Below are positions 43,575 through 45,858 of a stretch of 45,858 nucleotides of DNA, one piece after another. Each line of letters begins with the position of its first letter. The stretch's first letter is position 1. A model generated the notes under the pieces. That model made no database searches, had not been told where the DNA came from, and was given only the letters and a program-made list of their open reading frames with translations. The stretch spans positions 1-45,858 of the forward strand of contig JAZNEM010000113.1 in NCBI GenBank assembly GCA_045588595.1, read 5' to 3'. The translations under genes and the position numbers were made by a program. Source of the DNA: Eubacteriales bacterium (GTDB lineage: Bacteria; Bacillota; Clostridia; Oscillospirales; CAG-272).

Positions 43575-45858
43575 ATGGTGTTTGCGAAGAAGCTGTGTGA
43601 GCGCAGCAGGATAATGCGGGGCTTTGACCGTGTTCAAAATTCCGTATTATATCCGATAGTTTTTGCTGTTCTTTGCATATTTGCGGGACTTAACGGTAAA
43701 ACGGTATATCTTCCTATTATGTGGACAATGTGCGCTTTGGTTATACTTGCGGCATTGTTTTCTACCGATAACAAGGTCTTTCTTGCTCCCATGCTTATGG
43801 CGTATTACTCCTTGGGATATGATACGGAGAAGCTTGAATTTGACGATGTCAACGGAATATATTTACAATCCTTTGATCCTGATGCGTTTAAAAAGATAAT
43901 ATTGTGCGGCGTTGTTATGTTGTTTGCCGTCATTATAAGACTGATTTTTGACGGCTCAATAGCAAGAGCTTTTAAGAAGAGAGGCGCGTTTACTCTCGGA
44001 ATTATTTTGCTTGATGCAGTGTTTCTTATAAACGGTATATTCAGCCCGAATTACGATATAAAGAATCTCGGTTACGGTGCTTTGTTTGCTTTGGCATTTA
44101 CCGTGGTTTATTTTATAGTTATCGCAATGCTTGACCGATCCGAAAACGCTGTGTCATATGCGTGCAAATGCCTTGTGTGTACATCATACGTGGCTCTTGT
44201 TCAGCTTTTTGTATCAGCGTTTAAGATGTACCGTGAAGGATCTTTGTTTTTGTATAATAACTCGCATGAGATAATAGGCATAAGCCGCCAAACTCTTGCG
44301 TGGGGTGTTGCAACTATCATCGGTGCGGTTATTGTTATTGGAATACCCGCGGCTATGTATCTGACAAAAAATTGCAAATTTTCATTTGTTTCTTATGTCT
44401 CTGCTGTACTGTTTTTGGTAGGAGCGGTGCTTGTTGATACGCGTTCCGCAATGATAGTCGGAGCTTTGTTTTTCGTCGTTTGCGTTGTGATCTGTTGCGT
44501 TAATGGAAAAAACAGATGGTTTAACCGTGCTTATACTCTTATTCTGGCAGCTACTATCTGCGGAGCTTTGATATACATAGATACAAAAGTGATACCGATA
44601 AATGAGTTTTTTGATAAGATAGGAAATATACTTCGGTTGGATGATATTGGAAGCGACTCGAGAATTTCGCTTTTTAAGAACGGAGTAGAAGATTTCAAAT
44701 CGTCAAAGCTGTTTGGAATAGGTTTTAGTGACGGAGCATATGCGGAGGACGTTATAAAGAACAACATTTACAGCCAAATGTATCACAATATCATTATACA
44801 GTTTCTCGGTTCTATAGGCATATTCGGAGTCGTGGCGCTGTTTGTTCATATAAAGCAATTGGGCGAGATCACGGCGCGCCGCTTTTCCCTTGATAAGCTT
44901 TTGCTTGTGTTTGTTCCCATTATGATACTTGCTATGTCTATGTTCGATAACTTCTTCTTTTACGCGAATTTTCAGATAATTTACAGCGTATTTTTGGCTA
45001 TCGCTGAAATCTCTCTTGAACAGTCGCGTACAAAAAAACTTTCGGAGCATAGAGTTGTGGAAGCGGGGAAAAAGCCAAGAGTTGCATTTACTTACGTTGA
45101 GGCGGGAAAGGGACATATCGTTCCCGAAGAAGCTGTTCATAAGTGCTTTGAGAAAAAATATGGAAACGAAGTCGAGATAATAGGATCGAGCTTTTATAAT
45201 GAGACTTGTGACCCTAAGCTGAAAAAAACAGAGACGCTTTTTATAAAGACGGTTAAAAACCAAAATAAGAGCTTTGTTGCTGGCATGATGTGCCGCATAG
45301 GCACTTGGTTTTGCGGAGATGCACTTTCTTTGAGCTGGGTAATGGCTTGTACTCCAAGCGGAATAAGTTCGTATAGGCGCGCAAAAAGGCATCTGCGTGA
45401 GCTTGACTGCGACGTTTTGTTTACGACGCATTGGTCGGTAGCCTACTATACGGCACATATGAAAAATGCGCCGTATAGCATTCTTCTTTGCCCCGACCCC
45501 TATTCAAACGGAATGTTTAACGTTGACGTTAATAATTTCTTGATAACGTCAGAGGCTGGAAAAAAGCAGGCAGACCGCAGAAGAATGTATGCGGGGGGTA
45601 ACGTAAACGCGGTTCCTCCTCCAATACGCAGTGAGGCAAAAAAAAACCTTGGAAAGCGTGACGAGCTTCGTATCAAGCATGGGATCTCAAAGGATTCGTT
45701 TACGGTCGTGCTTCTTGACGGTGGATACGGTATGGCAAGACTTGAAAGGACGATAAAATGTCTTTTGAAATCCAAATCTGATATAACGCTTATCGCTTTA
45801 TGCGGTACTAACGACAAGCTTAAGGAGGATCTGGATAGCCTTGAAACTACCGAGAATA
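43575..45858 (+). CDS. fusion protein: O-antigen-ligase-like (Wzy_C) membrane domain plus UgtP/MGDG-synthase-like (GT28) glycosyltransferase; 3' end beyond the window
   Basis: Absent from the ORF track because it has no stop. I translated all 761 codons in the frame of the ATG at 43575 (AGGAGGAG SD) without meeting a stop. The N-terminal ~480 aa hold about 10 TMs with DTRSAMIVGALFF and SRISLFKNGVEDF...LFGIGFS...MYHNIIIQFLGSIGIFG (ligase/Wzy_C signature). From about 45060, PRVAFTYVEAGKGHIVPEEAV...DVLFTTHW...NAVPPPIRSE parallels the UgtP N-terminal domain. Confidence 0.75.
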   Translation, partial: MVFAKKLCERSRIMRGFDRVQNSVLYPIVFAVLCIFAGLNGKTVYLPIMWTMCALVILAALFSTDNKVFLAPMLMAYYSLGYDTEKLEFDDVNGIYLQSFDPDAFKKIILCGVVMLFAVIIRLIFDGSIARAFKKRGAFTLGIILLDAVFLINGIFSPNYDIKNLGYGALFALAFTVVYFIVIAMLDRSENAVSYACKCLVCTSYVALVQLFVSAFKMYREGSLFLYNNSHEIIGISRQTLAWGVATIIGAVIVIGIPAAMYLTKNCKFSFVSYVSAVLFLVGAVLVDTRSAMIVGALFFVVCVVICCVNGKNRWFNRAYTLILAATICGALIYIDTKVIPINEFFDKIGNILRLDDIGSDSRISLFKNGVEDFKSSKLFGIGFSDGAYAEDVIKNNIYSQMYHNIIIQFLGSIGIFGVVALFVHIKQLGEITARRFSLDKLLLVFVPIMILAMSMFDNFFFYANFQIIYSVFLAIAEISLEQSRTKKLSEHRVVEAGKKPRVAFTYVEAGKGHIVPEEAVHKCFEKKYGNEVEIIGSSFYNETCDPKLKKTETLFIKTVKNQNKSFVAGMMCRIGTWFCGDALSLSWVMACTPSGISSYRRAKRHLRELDCDVLFTTHWSVAYYTAHMKNAPYSILLCPDPYSNGMFNVDVNNFLITSEAGKKQADRRRMYAGGNVNAVPPPIRSEAKKNLGKRDELRIKHGISKDSFTVVLLDGGYGMARLERTIKCLLKSKSDITLIALCGTNDKLKEDLDSLETTEN

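Noticed and set aside
44703-45458. 251-aa minus-strand ORF, and the plus-strand ORF at 43663-43899
   Set aside because: Both overlap the unlisted stop-free plus-strand frame of more than 761 codons starting at 43575. That frame has an AGGAGG SD and recognisable ligase and glycosyltransferase motifs.

Overview
Core-chromosome window from a moderately AT-rich Firmicute. The gene content looks Clostridia-like: a T-box leader, a SigI/RsgI pair, Mini-RNase III, YmdB, DegV, and HisZ with a short HisG. All calls come from reading the sequence and the ORF translations by eye; no database search was run.

Gene layout, left to right:
- ilvC(partial)-ilvN-ilvB-leuA on the minus strand, behind a T-box leader, then ilvE.
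- An orphan lipoprotein, a Toprim/RNase M5-like gene, uppP and a U32 peptidase.
- A divergent AraC regulator and Gfo/Idh/MocA oxidoreductase pair, then degV and a ybaK-like gene.
- A divergent type IIA topoisomerase B-subunit gene followed by sigI and a minimal rsgI.
- A zinc-ribbon membrane protein and a 1060-aa fused ABC ATPase/FtsX permease.
- A DUF378 gene, rsmA, tRNA-Thr(CGU) and an MFS transporter.
- A complete yerC-hisZGDCBHAFI operon.
- ppiB-like, mrnC, ymdB, a Cof-type HAD hydrolase, an AraC regulator and a PTS EIICB gene.
- A translationally coupled SGNH-DUF2156-GNAT operon.
- An FAD-dependent oxidoreductase and a small membrane protein.
- A long gene, truncated by the right edge, that fuses an O-antigen-ligase-like membrane domain to a UgtP/MGDG-synthase-like glycosyltransferase.

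I see no transposase, integrase, phage, CRISPR/Cas or recognisable defence genes.

The most unusual signal is non-coding. A family of hairpin-rich, modular (MITE/BOX/REP-like) repeat elements has at least six full or partial copies in 46 kb:
- The termini (TAAGGACGCG / CGCGTCCTTA) coincide with stop codons.
- Two copies fill convergent intergenic gaps exactly from stop to stop.
- One copy sits inside the otherwise tightly packed his operon.
- Stems differ between copies, with both arms changed together.

Secondary candidates:
- the orphan topoisomerase-B/sigI/mini-rsgI cluster;
- the SGNH-DUF2156-GNAT operon;
- the ligase-glycosyltransferase fusion;
- a YerC (HisR-like) first gene with a palindromic operator in the his promoter.
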